A DNA stretch of 64,000 nt, from NCBI GenBank assembly GCA_965153285.1, contig OZ229114.1. One strand, given 5' to 3'. The DNA comes from Podarcis tiliguerta. Lineage: Eukaryota. The first letter of the stretch is position 1, and the number at the start of each line of letters is the position of its first letter. The position numbers and the translations under genes were made by a program. Under the pieces are notes generated by a model that had not been told where the DNA came from, did not search any database, and saw nothing but the letters and a program-made list of their open reading frames with translations. This document shows, in pieces, positions 11,880-23,758 of the stretch.

Positions 11880-12060
11880 TAATTTGGCTAATGATATCTG
11901 CTGCAGTATTTGATGTCTTAAGTAGAACTCATTCTAAATTTCTGGTCATGTACATTGATTAAGTCGTTCTGGAAAGTTCTTGATGCAATCAGCGAAAGAA
12001 TATGTTATTGGCTGTGATCCTGAAACTTTCCTTTTGGGTTCTTAAATGGATTATGTTGCT
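11880..12060 (+). mobile_element. Old L1 ORF2 C-terminal relic
   Basis: Translates across frameshifts to FWSCTLIKSFWKV ... CDPETFLLG, the motifs following the L1 CCHC knuckle. Confidence 0.6.
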
Positions 12061-12639
12061 AAAGAGGTTCTTAAGACGACCGTACATACTCGTCGTGAAT
12101 GCAATTCTCTGAGTACCAGTTCTTATCTAGACAAAAAGGCACCATCCATATATCAGCAGGCTTGGGAGAAGCCCAAGGTGGTCAGAAGTAGAAAATAACT
12201 TTAGAGCAAAAGAAACACTGGGGTGGGGGGCAGCCCAATAAAGACTGTGAGAATTATGGGTACAGAATTCTAGCTGACTGTCAGAAGCAAAATGGAAAGC
12301 CAGGAGGGAGGGTTGATAGAACAGGTTATCTGAGCAGGGTCATTCCATATTGCAACACAAAATGGTGCAAGGCTTCCCACTTGCCCCCGCCCACATTTTG
12401 CGCTCTGTAGAGGTTTAAGGGAATGTTTACCAAGTCTTTTTGTGGGTGCCATAAGAGCTGGTTGGATGTATTGGCACCTGCAGGCACCGTTTTGGAGACC
12501 CATGCCTTAAATACTGGTGGTTAAAGTGGGAATAATAGCAGAGGTCTACCTGGTTGCCTACTCAATGAGTGAACTAGTTCAATAGGAGGACAGCTTATTA
12601 CATGATCACACTGTTCTGGGACTGTAGTATCTCAGGCAG

Positions 12640-13137
12640 TGTCAGGTTTCAGGGAATCCGATTCCCCTCCCTCACGGCTGGCAGCCAGAAATGGGAATAC
12701 AAGACATTCTTACCATGGTATTTTATTCAATATTCACAGAGACAGACAGATGATGCCGCCTCTTAGATAATGGTGTTGCTCCGAGTAAAGTCCCACCCCC
12801 TCTGTCTCTCCTATTCTATGTCATCCCTGCTTCGGCTAATCTGAGCTTTCTGCCTCTGAGCTTTCTGTTCTACTACTCTCGATGCACGCCAGGTCCTGGG
12901 AGAGCGGGGGTCAGGAATGCTTTCCAAAGGCACTGAGTCTGTCAGCTGTCTCTCCCCTGGTGCTTCTTCTTCCTGCTGTTCCTCTCCCAATATTTCTCAG
13001 CTTCTCCCCTCTGCAGCCTCTGAACTATGGCCTTCTGCAAACCACTGTTCTAAATCTATACTTGCCCTCCTGTTTTTGGGAAGGTTCAGAAGGAGGGGGG
13101 CGGTCTCCATAATTCCTCCTCAGTCCAGCCCTTGACA
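12640..13137 (-). mobile_element. Gypsy-type solo LTR (498 bp), same family as 3497-3999
   Basis: TGTCAGG...TTGACA termini; 5-bp TSD ggcag/gacag; TTTATT at ~12722; shared gaaagcattcc..cccc segment. Confidence 0.85.
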
Positions 13138-13610
13138 GACAGCGAGCAAAGAATGGTATATATTGAATGCCCTCCCATATATCTCTATATAATAGCTCCC
13201 CCAGCATCCAATCATTCCAGTCTTCCACCTGCATAGCAAACCTGTTTAGGGCAACAGCTGTTCTTAGCTAGAGCTGAAGCGTCTACTGACCAGCTGTGTG
13301 TTTGCTCTGGACAAGCTAGATTTATTTAAGGAGTTTGCCAAAACCCAAAGGGGAGGGAAAAAATCAATAATGCAGATATCCATCAAAGACAGAAACACAA
13401 ATATTTCCCATCTCTGCCATTATTTCCGCTTTAAAAACAAATTTGCCCTTCTTTGCTGGGCTTGTCCAGCAAAAACTCAATCTGCTGACTTCACCCTCAG
13501 GCTCTTGCTAAGACAAATGCACATCTATCATGTCTGTAAGGAAAGGCACTCACATGTGTCAAAGGCAACTCTTCTCTTTTTTAAAAAATATTTACAGAAT
13601 CGGCAAAGTG

Positions 13611-13876
13611 GAAGAAGAGGAGGAGGAGGAGGAAGAGGAATTTGGATTTGATATCCTGCTTTATCACTACCTGAAGGAGTCTCAAAGCAGCTAACAATCT
13701 CCTTTCCCTTCCTCCCCCACAACAAACACTCTGTGAGGTGAGTGGGGCTGAGAGACTTCAGAGAAGTGTGACTAGCCCAAGGTCACCCAGCAGCTGCATG
13801 TGGAGGAGTGGAGACGCGAACCCAGTTCACCAGATTACGAGTCTGCCGCTCTTAACCACTACACCACACTGGCTCT
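13611..13876 (-). mobile_element. Squam3-like tRNA SINE, full length
   Basis: Reverse complement agagccagtgtggtgtagtggttaagagcggcagactcgtaatctggtgaac...atatcaaatccaaa with (CTT/CCT)n tail. Confidence 0.9.
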
Positions 13877-16800
13877 GAATTGGGCTCCGCTTTCTACTGT
13901 CTTCACAAATAAAGCTGTGCTTGAAATGCAGGTGTGCCCTTCATGGCTGGCATAGTGCTTCTTTCATACTTGAGAGCCAAAGCAACAAGAGATTGAAGTC
14001 TGTTATACGGTAAATATTATACCAAGTTAAGGGCTCAGTCTCATTGTCTTCAACAAGATATACATATTGTTCTCAGCCCCATTCTCCCTAAATGCTTGAT
14101 GGTGGTTGCATTACAATTTGCTCTTATTCTGTTTCCAAACCATTTTTTCTTTATGTTGCTGCTGTTGTGATAAAAGGTTACAAATGAATTTTCGAAAAAA
14201 CAAGCCTCACAGTAGCTTTTCTCAGATATAGCATAAACTATTTTATTTGTTTTACCACCTTTCGGTATCCCCTTGTACACTGTATCCTTAGCATCCTTTT
14301 TTTCCTTATGAAATGAAAAACATGTGAGTCCTTTATTTCCTGGTGTTCATACAAAATTTTCTGTAAGCTTGACCTTTACATAGCCCATTAGGGCACGTGG
14401 AATTTTTCAAATTTCAGATTCCAAACTAAGGGGTACTAAAAAGTTGTAACATTGCTTGGGAATTCAAAAGATATTCTGGTTCAGTTAATATAATTTAGCT
14501 TTTCTTGGTAAGTAAAATGTGTGTAAAATTGCATAAAAATGGTTAAAAAATGATTGCCAAGTACTTACAGTTATATGATATATTAATATTATTTTTATTA
14601 TTTATTTGTATTGCTACTGAGCATTACCTTTTTCAGAAGGTAAAATTAAAATTCTTTGGTTTTCCAAAAAGCAGTTTATGTGCTTCTTCATCAAACATAG
14701 ATTTACTAAGCTAATGGGAGTCAGGCTTGAGACTCAGGTGAGGAGTAGATCTGCCACATGAGCAGAGCAATGGCCAGTAGTGGACAGTGTGGAGGAGCAG
14801 AGGCACTTACACAATCTTCTAGCAGGGGAGTTACTGCCACTTACTGGGAGGGAAGGGGTAGAGATGAGGCAGTGGTGAGGTTGACATGGTGCTAACACAA
14901 CGGCAGGGCCACTTCAGCACTCCAACTGGTGTGCTTGCACTGTGCTACCACCCAAACGTAACCCTCTCCACCCACCCACCCAGCAGGCAGCAGTAACTCA
15001 CCTGCAGGGATGTCAGGTAAGCCCCTCTGCTCCATCTTGAACCCTGATGCTGAGGGCAGCGTCACTGCACTGTATTACTTTAGGCCTAACCAGTGTGTAC
15101 CCACACCTGCTGGTGTGTACCCATCACCTCCTTACCTTGCGCCTGCCTGGGAAGCAGCAGTGATGCTGCTGTTGGGAGGTTGGCTCTACAGTGCTGTCCC
15201 AATGTGACAGCAACTTCTGCTTGCAGGATACCTGGGAAGTGGTCCAGTGCATCGTCCTCTGCCATTTGCTTTACTAACGCTGAAAAAGCATCCTCAGTAG
15301 GATTAGGCCAGGATTATGTTCTCTGATACTTGTGTGCACTGTGCGTATTGATAAAACACAGCTGAAGGGGAAAAGAAAAAGCAAATTTGATGTGATTGTT
15401 TTTTGTGTGATTGCTTTTGTGATGTTTTATCAATGCACAGGGCACGTCAGTGAAACACTGCACAGAAAAGGATCTTGGTACAATTGTGCATAGAATCACA
15501 CTATGACTGGGTTTTTGTGTGTAGTGTGTTTTCTGTCCACACATACACAGTGTCAAAACAGTGGAGAAAGACACTGCTGAATGGAAAGAACACTCATTCT
15601 GATCCCTTAGTCTTTAAGGGAAAGATCACATCACGTTGTGCTTCATGCTCTCCTTTGCAAGGGGAGACATGTCAAGAAGATATTTGAACTTGAAATCCAA
15701 AATTCTGCCCTGAATGTGTGTACCAGCATTCAATGCTTTCAATCAAAACGAATGCCAAAGAGTGAAAGCAAAAGGCTGAACTTCACTCAGCCAGTAAGGT
15801 GAGATTTAAAGATAAAAAGCCTGAAGCTACAAAACAGAACTTGATTGCTGGAGCAATAAATGTCTCATGAATATGATAACTAACCAAATGGGAGTCAATT
15901 ACTTTTATTACTCTTATATTGCATAATCTATACAACTTTTAATTTACATGTATCCCCCCCTCACACTTTCTCTGCCATCATTACCATAATTTTAATGGTA
16001 TCGCATAAACATTAAGATTTCAATTGCTTGACAAAATGGTCAGCTGTGCAAACAAAGTCCCTCTTCGGTGACTGGTATTTTTATTTTTTTAAAAAAAGAA
16101 AAAGAAATGAAAGAGCAGTACAATTGGTATTCATAGCTTTTGATGTTTAGTTTCATACAAACAAACGCCCCCTTTGCACTTTATAACCACTAAAATCCAA
16201 TGGAAGCCATCCATACTTCATGGGCATACCAGCAGGGTTGCATCAATTAAGAGGCGGAGAGAGAAAGAGAGGAAGAGAGAGAAAAGAGATCAAAGCATGG
16301 CTATTGAACGAACTCTTGGCTCTGGATTCTATTTGTTGGCACAGCATCTGGGCACGAAGGCATCCCCACTCTCCTCCGTAATTCCGCTTCTCTTTGCTCT
16401 CAGCTGTCTTCCCAGCACCGTCCGTCTGGCTGGAAATGTGAGCAGTAGGAGATGTGGGATATTGCAGAACGAGCTAATCACCTTCAGTGTGGTGATCGGT
16501 GCCCATAAAGGACAATCTGAACGGCATGCAGCTATTTAAATGTTTCCTCACTTCCCACCTCCCGAAGAATGTGGCACACAGGCTGCGTTTGGAAAACATG
16601 TGGCTGCCCTATTGCTGGGGGAGGAAAACTGGAAATTTTTTGTTGTTGATGTTTCTGTGTGACTGTTGATTGATTTAGTTAGCATGATCGTGCCCTTTCT
16701 TCTGCTCTAATAATAGTAGCTTGTAAAGAAGGTATCACTATGTGACTGTAACAGCAGCACAATGATTTCAGCTTGCAATATGACTCCCCTGCCCCCCTGC

Positions 16801-17149
16801 TCTGTTCTGGGTTTCCTCAGGACCAGATCTAGGGAGACCACGGAGCACATGGTAGAGGGGGAGAGGTGGGAAAGTCCTGTTGTGGAAGCCGAAAGCCTTG
16901 TGTTGATCAGATGGTTACTTAGCACTCCAGCAAATGCAAGCCAATCTATCTATCTAAGATAGATAGAAAATTATTGCTAGACAGAAAGGAAATGATCACT
17001 CACATAAACACAGCACTATATATTCATTTAGCTATAAAACATACACGCAGATGATGTTAGTGGCGATGATAATGATGATTATGGCAGAAAGACAACAGGG
17101 AAAAAAAACACATCATGGTAGCTTTATCAGTAACCTGCAACAACTCTTT

Positions 17150-17810
17150 TTGAAATATCCCCAAAGACCTCCAGAAGAGCTAGGTTTTCACTAGGTGGCG
17201 GAAAGCAACGGTGATGCCATCAAGTGAACCTCCCTTCGGAGGGCCAAGGTGCCACTACTGAAAAGATCCTGTCTTGTATCTTCACCTGCTGAAGTTCAAG
17301 AGAAGGGAGGACATCATACAAGATCCATGATGTTGATGAAACACTAGACTAGGTAAGTTTGTATGCATATATTTGCTGCATTTATATACTACCTGACTGC
17401 CAAGGCGCCCAAGGCAGTTAATAGATTAAAAGTATGGAAGAAGGCAGTTCTTAAGATAACTCAGAACCAAGCCAATTGACAATTTATAGGTGAAAAGTCA
17501 CCATTTTGGACTAGCAACCAATGAAGGTGCTGGAATACCAGAGTGACATGCTCCACAGGGGAGCTCCAGTTTATATGCTGGCAGTTGCTCATTGAACCAG
17601 CTTTAGTTTCTGAACGCTCTTTAGAAACAGTATTGTGTGGAATACAGTGCAATAGTCCAATGTGGACAATGCTAAAGAATGGGTGGCAGTGGCCAGGAAA
17701 TGACATAGATAGAATTCCAGCCTAAATTGATGGAGAGTTATCCTGGTCTACCACTGCCTCCTTGCCACTGAGAAGCAGCATCAGATCCAGAAACACTTCC
17801 AAGCTCAGTC
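17150..17810 (-). mobile_element. Old, degenerate L2 fragment
   Basis: Minus-strand remnants LDYC and HVTLVFQHLHWLLV. Confidence 0.65.
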
Positions 17811-17926
17811 TGCCCAAGATATTATGCTACCAGAGGCAAGGGGCCACATTTCCACATAAGCATGCTGCCTGCACTAGCATGTAAATCTTTCTTCAATGCT
17901 CGTGAAAGGACATGGTCCTCCACCAT

Positions 17927-17995
17927 GTTGTTGTTTAGTCGTGTCCGACTCTTTGTGACCCCATGGACCAGAGCACGCCAGGCACTCCTGTCTTC
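17927..17995 (-). mobile_element. RTE-BovB extreme 3' end (69 bp)
   Basis: gttgttgtttagtcgtgtccgactctttgtgaccccatggaccagagcacgccagg; 12-bp TSD GTCCTCCACCAT. Confidence 0.9.
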
Positions 17996-20346
17996 GTCCT
18001 CCACCATACTCAAGTGCAATAAGCTAGCATCGAGGAGGCAGGGCACACAGTTCTTTCTGTGCTCTGCTCCTCAGCGTTTGCCACCTGAGGCAGCTGCCTC
18101 ACTTTGCCTCATGATAGGGATGTCCCCTACTTAAGAGGAGTACAACCCAGCAAAAGAAGCTGCACCCTTACCCCCAGATTAGCGGCCACACACCCTGCAA
18201 AAAGCAGTACCTACATTTGATCTGGATTAGGTTTCTTTGGGCTTGCTTATGGTTGGGGAACAACCTGGATGTCTTCCTAAAATATATATATTGTGGCAGA
18301 GCGAGCAAAGATGCTACCTTGCAGATGACAACAACTCCTTTTGTCCCCAACCATTGACCATGTTGACAGGAGCTGATGGGAGTTATAGTTCAAGAGTATG
18401 TGAAGGTTGGCTACCCTTGGGTTACAGCATCTCATGTGAAGAGATGGAAGTGCTCTGGACAGCAAGGTGTCAGAGATTTATTTATTTATTTATTTAAAAA
18501 GGAAAGTTGCCAGAGCCAGTCTCAGGGCAAGTCTAGGGTCCAGTCGCTGGAGTTGAGGGCTTGAGCTGGACCTCCCTAGGCTAGTTCTCAGCCTCAGACC
18601 TTGAGATCCCTAGTTCAAGCCGAATCTCCAGCATCCATGGCATAGCAGGGCAGCGCTGGACTTGAAAGGCGTAGTTTTTTAGTCTGGTTTGAACTACTGA
18701 ATCATTTCAAAGTACAAAATTCTTCCTGGAGACCCCACAGAGAGAGAGTCCTTATTGGAATCAAACTCTGGACTGAGTGCAAGAGATCTGGGGAGAGTCA
18801 GCCCCATGATCAGAAGCTAGAAGTAGGTCAGCACCCACCTGGGGAGGACCACCTCCTGAGTGTTAGTAACATGTAGGCCAGTAATTATCACCGAAGATTC
18901 AGTACGTTCAAAGTGAAGGAAGCTAGAATAAAAATAAGAAAGGAGGAACCAACAAAAGAAGTCTATGAAGCTAAGAGTCTCTCTTGAACTGCTGCCCCAA
19001 ACATAATTTCTTTGAAATTAATGGCATTGAAATCAATGACATTTACCTCTAAGTAAACATGAATGGGAATCACACTAATGCTATCCTATTCTCATCTATC
19101 CTGCTATGCAGATTCAAAACAGAAATGTCTTTAATAGGGAAATCTGGTGGAAGAAATAAAGAGAGGGTTTCTGCAAAATGCCCCTCTTAAATATGTCACT
19201 CCATTCCTGGGTGGTGAATTCCAGGGAGGGTATTTTACTGGTTTGCGAATGTTGCCATGAACAGTGGCAGCAGCACACAACTCCCCCTCTCCCTCTTCAC
19301 TATTTTTTTCACCACTGTGAAGGAAGCAACAGCTGCACTTCTTTATTGGTGTTCCACCCATCATTCTGTTTTCCCATAGTGATGTGATGTCATTCTAGAG
19401 CCCTCCGAGGACCATGGCACTAAGCACAACAAATAAAGTACCCTCCTCACTGATAAACCTATATGTACCCTGGCCATTTTGAAGAAATAGTGATGGATAC
19501 TTTTGTCAGGAGTTCAACCTGCACTTGAGTAGGACTCTGGCAGAGACACATGCCTGACTGACATGTTCCCTCCTTCCTGGTTGATCATTTAGGAGCTTCA
19601 TAAGCTTTCTTCAGCCCAAACTTCACAGCGACCAATGCCAGCTGACACTTAGGGATCCGCAGAGTTTGCGCAACTTGTGTGGCAGACCTCAGCAACAGCA
19701 TTTGGGCTAATCTACTTTATTTACATATAAACACACACGGAGCACTGCAACATGGCTCCCTCTCTCTCTGGCATCAGACAGCAAAGAGAGAAAGAACAAA
19801 GGACAATAGTCCCACTTCACGGAACACAGTAACACAAACATCCTGTCTCCGTCACTTCCCACTCTGTGGAGTCAAAACATATACCGTCATGTGAAAGACA
19901 AAAATCCCATGACTGCAATCATGGAGCAGGAATTCTAACATCTTTACCTTTCTAAAATAGAACACACAACTTGTCCTTCAGTACTTGACTGATGCTTCTC
20001 ACGCTCCCAGCAATGACCACCTGAAGTGACTGCCTCACTTTGACTAACAGTGGAGCTGGCTCTGCATCAGAGTGAGTTTTGGGGGGAGCATGTGGCAGAT
20101 ATTTTCTGGTTTCTTTAAGTGTTTGTGGGGGAGGCGTTTCTTGAGAAAAGCCCCTGGCAAATGATGTGCATGGCCCACCTTCCAACAGCAGCCAGCCAAA
20201 TGCATATTGAGAATGAAGTGAAAGCATTTGTGCAACCCTTTGTCATCAGAGATTCTAGTTATCACTTTTGTCGTCTAGGGAGAGAAGGAAAAACAGCAAT
20301 ATCTACACCTGGCACTTATGGCAAGAAGCCATAAAAAAAACCAGTT

Positions 20347-20687
20347 GGGACGCGGGTGGCACTGTGGGTTAGACCACAGAGCCTAGGGCTTGCTGATCAG
20401 AAGGTCAGCAGTTTGAATCCCCGCAACGGGGTGAGCTCCCGTTGCTCGGTCCCTGCTCCTGCCAACCCAGCAGTTCAAAAGCACGTCAAAGGGCAAGTAG
20501 ATAAATAGGTAAACGGTGGTGGGAAGGTAAACGGTGCGCTGCTCTGGTTCGCCAGAAGTGGCTTAGTCATGCTGGCCACATGGCCCGGATGCTGTACGCC
20601 GGCTCCCTCGGCCAATAAAGCGAGATGAGCGCCACAACCCCAGAGTCGGCCACGACTGGACCTAATGGTCAGGGGTCCCTTTACCTT
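20347..20687 (+). mobile_element. Sauria SINE (Squam1), full length
   Basis: gggacgcgggtggc... head to ggggtccctttaccttta tail; flanked by ~42-bp direct repeat. Confidence 0.95.
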
Positions 20688-21979
20688 TACACCTGACACT
20701 CATGGCAAGAAGCCATAAAAAAAAAAAACCCAGTAGCATTTCTACAACAGTGAAATGGATGGCACAGCTAGAATATGGCTTTAGGTGTCAGCAGGTAAGT
20801 CATCAGAGCAAGGGACATCATTTCCACGTCTCATTGATAAGGTGGATTAGGAGAGGGAGGAAATAGGTAACAATGACTCTAAACATTCTGTGATGGTGCT
20901 GACTGGCTCTGGGGAGATTCCAAATCTCCTTAGTCGTGGGAAGCCATTTGCATTTTTAAACATGCACAGCACAGCCTCCTCGAATATGTTTATCAGTCAC
21001 ACCTTTCATGTCTGCAAACAGATACATTCCCCAATTAAACAAGAATGTGTTTGGGGGGTGGGGGGCATTTCTCAAGTCACATCTGGTTAACCGGCAACAG
21101 CTGTGTTGGGGCAAAGAGGCAGGTTTTCTTCCGATGCAAACAGAACCAGCCTTCCTTGAAAGCGGAGGATGGGTAAATTTGCCAGATTAATTGTTGAGCG
21201 CATCCCTGGCTTGAAATGAGAACAACATGAATTGTTTTTACAGGCATGAAGAGCTTTGTGGCTTCAGCGCTCAGCAGAACAAGCTCTTCAGATTCTAAAG
21301 GGAAACTCCTCTTTAACAGCAGAGCGGCGAGACTATCCAAAAAGAAAACAGAGTTGGAAGAATGAAAGTAGGGCAGATGAGTGAAAGCAGATAGGAAGAG
21401 GTTGTGGTTTTGTGAAGCTATGCATCGTATGAAAGTATTAAGTTATTTGTTGCGCATGGTGCCTCCCATGTTAGTAGTAGAGTGGGGTGAATCTGATGAT
21501 TTCAGTTTCTCTCCGTATCTCATTGTTGCAATCAGTTCTCCGCACTTCTGCATGACAAAAATTTGTCAGCATATTTGTGAGAGTTTCTCTTACTGTACAC
21601 ATTTTCTGAACAATTTTGCCTATACTGCACAGAGCAAGCCAGTTAGTAAATCATGCAGTGTGAAGCTGGAGTTAACTCTTGATTAGTGAAACAACACCTT
21701 CCCAGACTTGGCTGAGTTTCAGACCTAATGTGCACAGCAGCTCATCCCCTGGAGGTCCTACTCCATGAAATCAGTTGCCAAGACTAGAAGTCCCTGCCTC
21801 CTCATAGCCGTCAAAGTTCCTTCCTATCCCCAAACAATCAGAGACTGTGCCTCCATACAGTCTGACTTTGCTCCTCCCGTTTCATACCTTTCCTGGTTCT
21901 GGGAATCAGCAGGGAGAGGAACGTATCGCAGTAGGGGCATGGGAGATACCTGTGACTCTTCACGAGTCTGACTCATTTT

Positions 21980-23327
21980 TGTGGGATGTAAGAATCAGGT
22001 GCAGTCAAACACAACATTGCTAGAGTAGACATGAAGGTTATCTCAGTCCTCCAGCCGGAACTTCCTGCTTTCCAGGACTGAGACGAAACTTCCTATGTGT
22101 AACTTGAGATGGGCATGGCCTCTCCTGAAGTAGAAAGAACCAGAACCACAGGCTGGCAACCATCTTGTCTCTCTTATCTCTATCGATGCCATCTTAACAA
22201 GAGCACTACTAAAATGCACCCTTGGCTCTAGGCCAAGAGAAGAAAAGGGGGGCTTTCTCGCATAAGGAGATAGTCACCACATTTAAACTATGTTATAACC
22301 TTTTAAGTCTGCCTTCTGGGAACCTTTGTGTGAACAGATGATTATTTGTGAGTAAACGTTTTATACTTTACAGAAGACTGTGTAGTGTCTTATTTTAGGA
22401 GGGATTAAACAGGGAAAATACCAGGAAATATTTAGAGACTCTAACGAGTCTGAGCAACCTATCTGCTGTGCGTGTGTTTAAAAAAAGGGTAATGTTGTGT
22501 AGCGAGTTCCCGCCTCCCCCCAGTAGGAATAAAGACACATGACACGTTATTTTAGGTTAATGGGCTAAAATAGGCCACAACTTTATTGGTTACAGGTGAT
22601 GAGCAGTATTGGCTTAGGCATTGGTCCTAACCGACTATCTGGCTTCAGCCTGTTTGCTTGAAGAACAGGAAAGGTTAACACCAGCAGGGGGAGCCCTGTG
22701 ATGCACATCAACTAGGAACACCCCCCCAGGTCACCGCTCGGGGGCGTGCCTTAGGCCCTGACCTCCATAGGTTTCGGACAGGGCCACGCCCCCCGAATCC
22801 TTTACTGGACTACCCTACAATATCCGGGGAAGGTGATGGCGCTTCTCCCCCCCCATTCATCTTCATAACAATACCCATACCAATGCCAAAATCGAGAAAG
22901 TTGTGACGATTTGCTATGAGGTAGGCGAAAAACCAAATGGCTGGTGCCAATTTGCCAAGTGGAAAAAAAATCCTACCAGGCCCCTTAACGGTGACCCACA
23001 GAGCTCCATAGCAAGGTCAGAAGGGAAACCTTGAAGGGCGGGTGGGTGGGAAACCGGAGCAGCTGAGGGGCCAAAGAGGGCAATTCCCAGCCGCGCCTGC
23101 CTGCCTTAAATGAGGCAGGTCACACCCCCTGGGCCAGCCGATTGGATCACGCATGGGCCAAGAGCCAGCCCCCACGTGCATGTTGGGGGCGTGAAGCCCG
23201 CAACACCACCTCCTCCCGAGGTTCGAAGTGGCTTTAACTCTGCTGATGTTGTTGAACTTGTAAAGACAAGTTGGGATAGGATATCTTAGACAATATATCC
23301 TCCCCCGCATCCCTAAACATTCCCACA
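21980..23327 (+). mobile_element. Solo LTR B, interrupted at 22498-23245
   Basis: TGTGGGA...TCCCACA termini; 5-bp TSD atttt/atctt; AGTAAA polyA-like signal near 22350. Confidence 0.75.
22498..23245 (-). mobile_element. Insertion C: LTR-like or Ngaro/DIRS terminal-repeat-derived element
   Basis: Flanked by ATGTTG direct repeats (22492-22497, 23246-23251); minus strand has CCAAT, TATA-like catttaag and AATAAA; GC- and CpG-rich. Confidence 0.7.
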
Positions 23328-23707
23328 ATCTTAACCTCTTGGCCTCCCTCCTCCCACTCACCTGTTTCAGCTTCTGCCTCTGGTTCTTGACTTCTCTGTG
23401 CTACAGGCTCTCCAGCTCACTGAGCCCTGTTACCCCTTCCGCATCCATCAACTTCTTTCCCCAATCCTCTCCCTCTTCTTCCTGTGACCACTGATCGTTG
23501 TCCCACCACCACTCCATGGACTCTGAGCCTTCTTCCCTTGGTGGTTCCCCAGCTGGTTCTTCCTCTGTGTCCAACCAGTCCATGACAACTATACACATTT
23601 TTGGAAACCAACTTTCCTGAATATAATTTATCTTAGTATGCTATCTTACATGATAATGTTGATGCAAGCAAAATTAGTTTCTTAAGAGATTTTTGCCCAG
23701 ATTTCAT

Positions 23708-23713
<6 letters not shown>

Positions 23714-23752
<39 letters not shown>
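23714..23752. repeat. (CT)n microsatellite
   Basis: About 19-20 perfect CT units. Confidence 0.95.

Positions 23753-23758
<6 letters not shown>

Larger units (their letters stand above)
21624..23587 (-). mobile_element. Solo LTR A (Gypsy-type), interrupted at 21980-23327
   Basis: Minus strand starts TGTCATGG at 23587; E/W-rich frame continues across the insertion; possible TSD cctat/actat; left end approximate. Confidence 0.7.
21475..23650. mobile_element. Old hAT-like DNA transposon relic hosting nested LTRs (own sequence ~21475-21623 and ~23588-23650)
   Basis: Flanks resemble the left half of the 35210-35756 family (gaatctg..ttcagtttctc..cagttctccgcacttc..tacacattttt). Confidence 0.45.

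Noticed and set aside
14050-14320. Lys-rich minus-strand ORF considered as a viral or transposase relic
   Set aside because: No motif I can assign to a family; AT-rich chance ORF cannot be excluded
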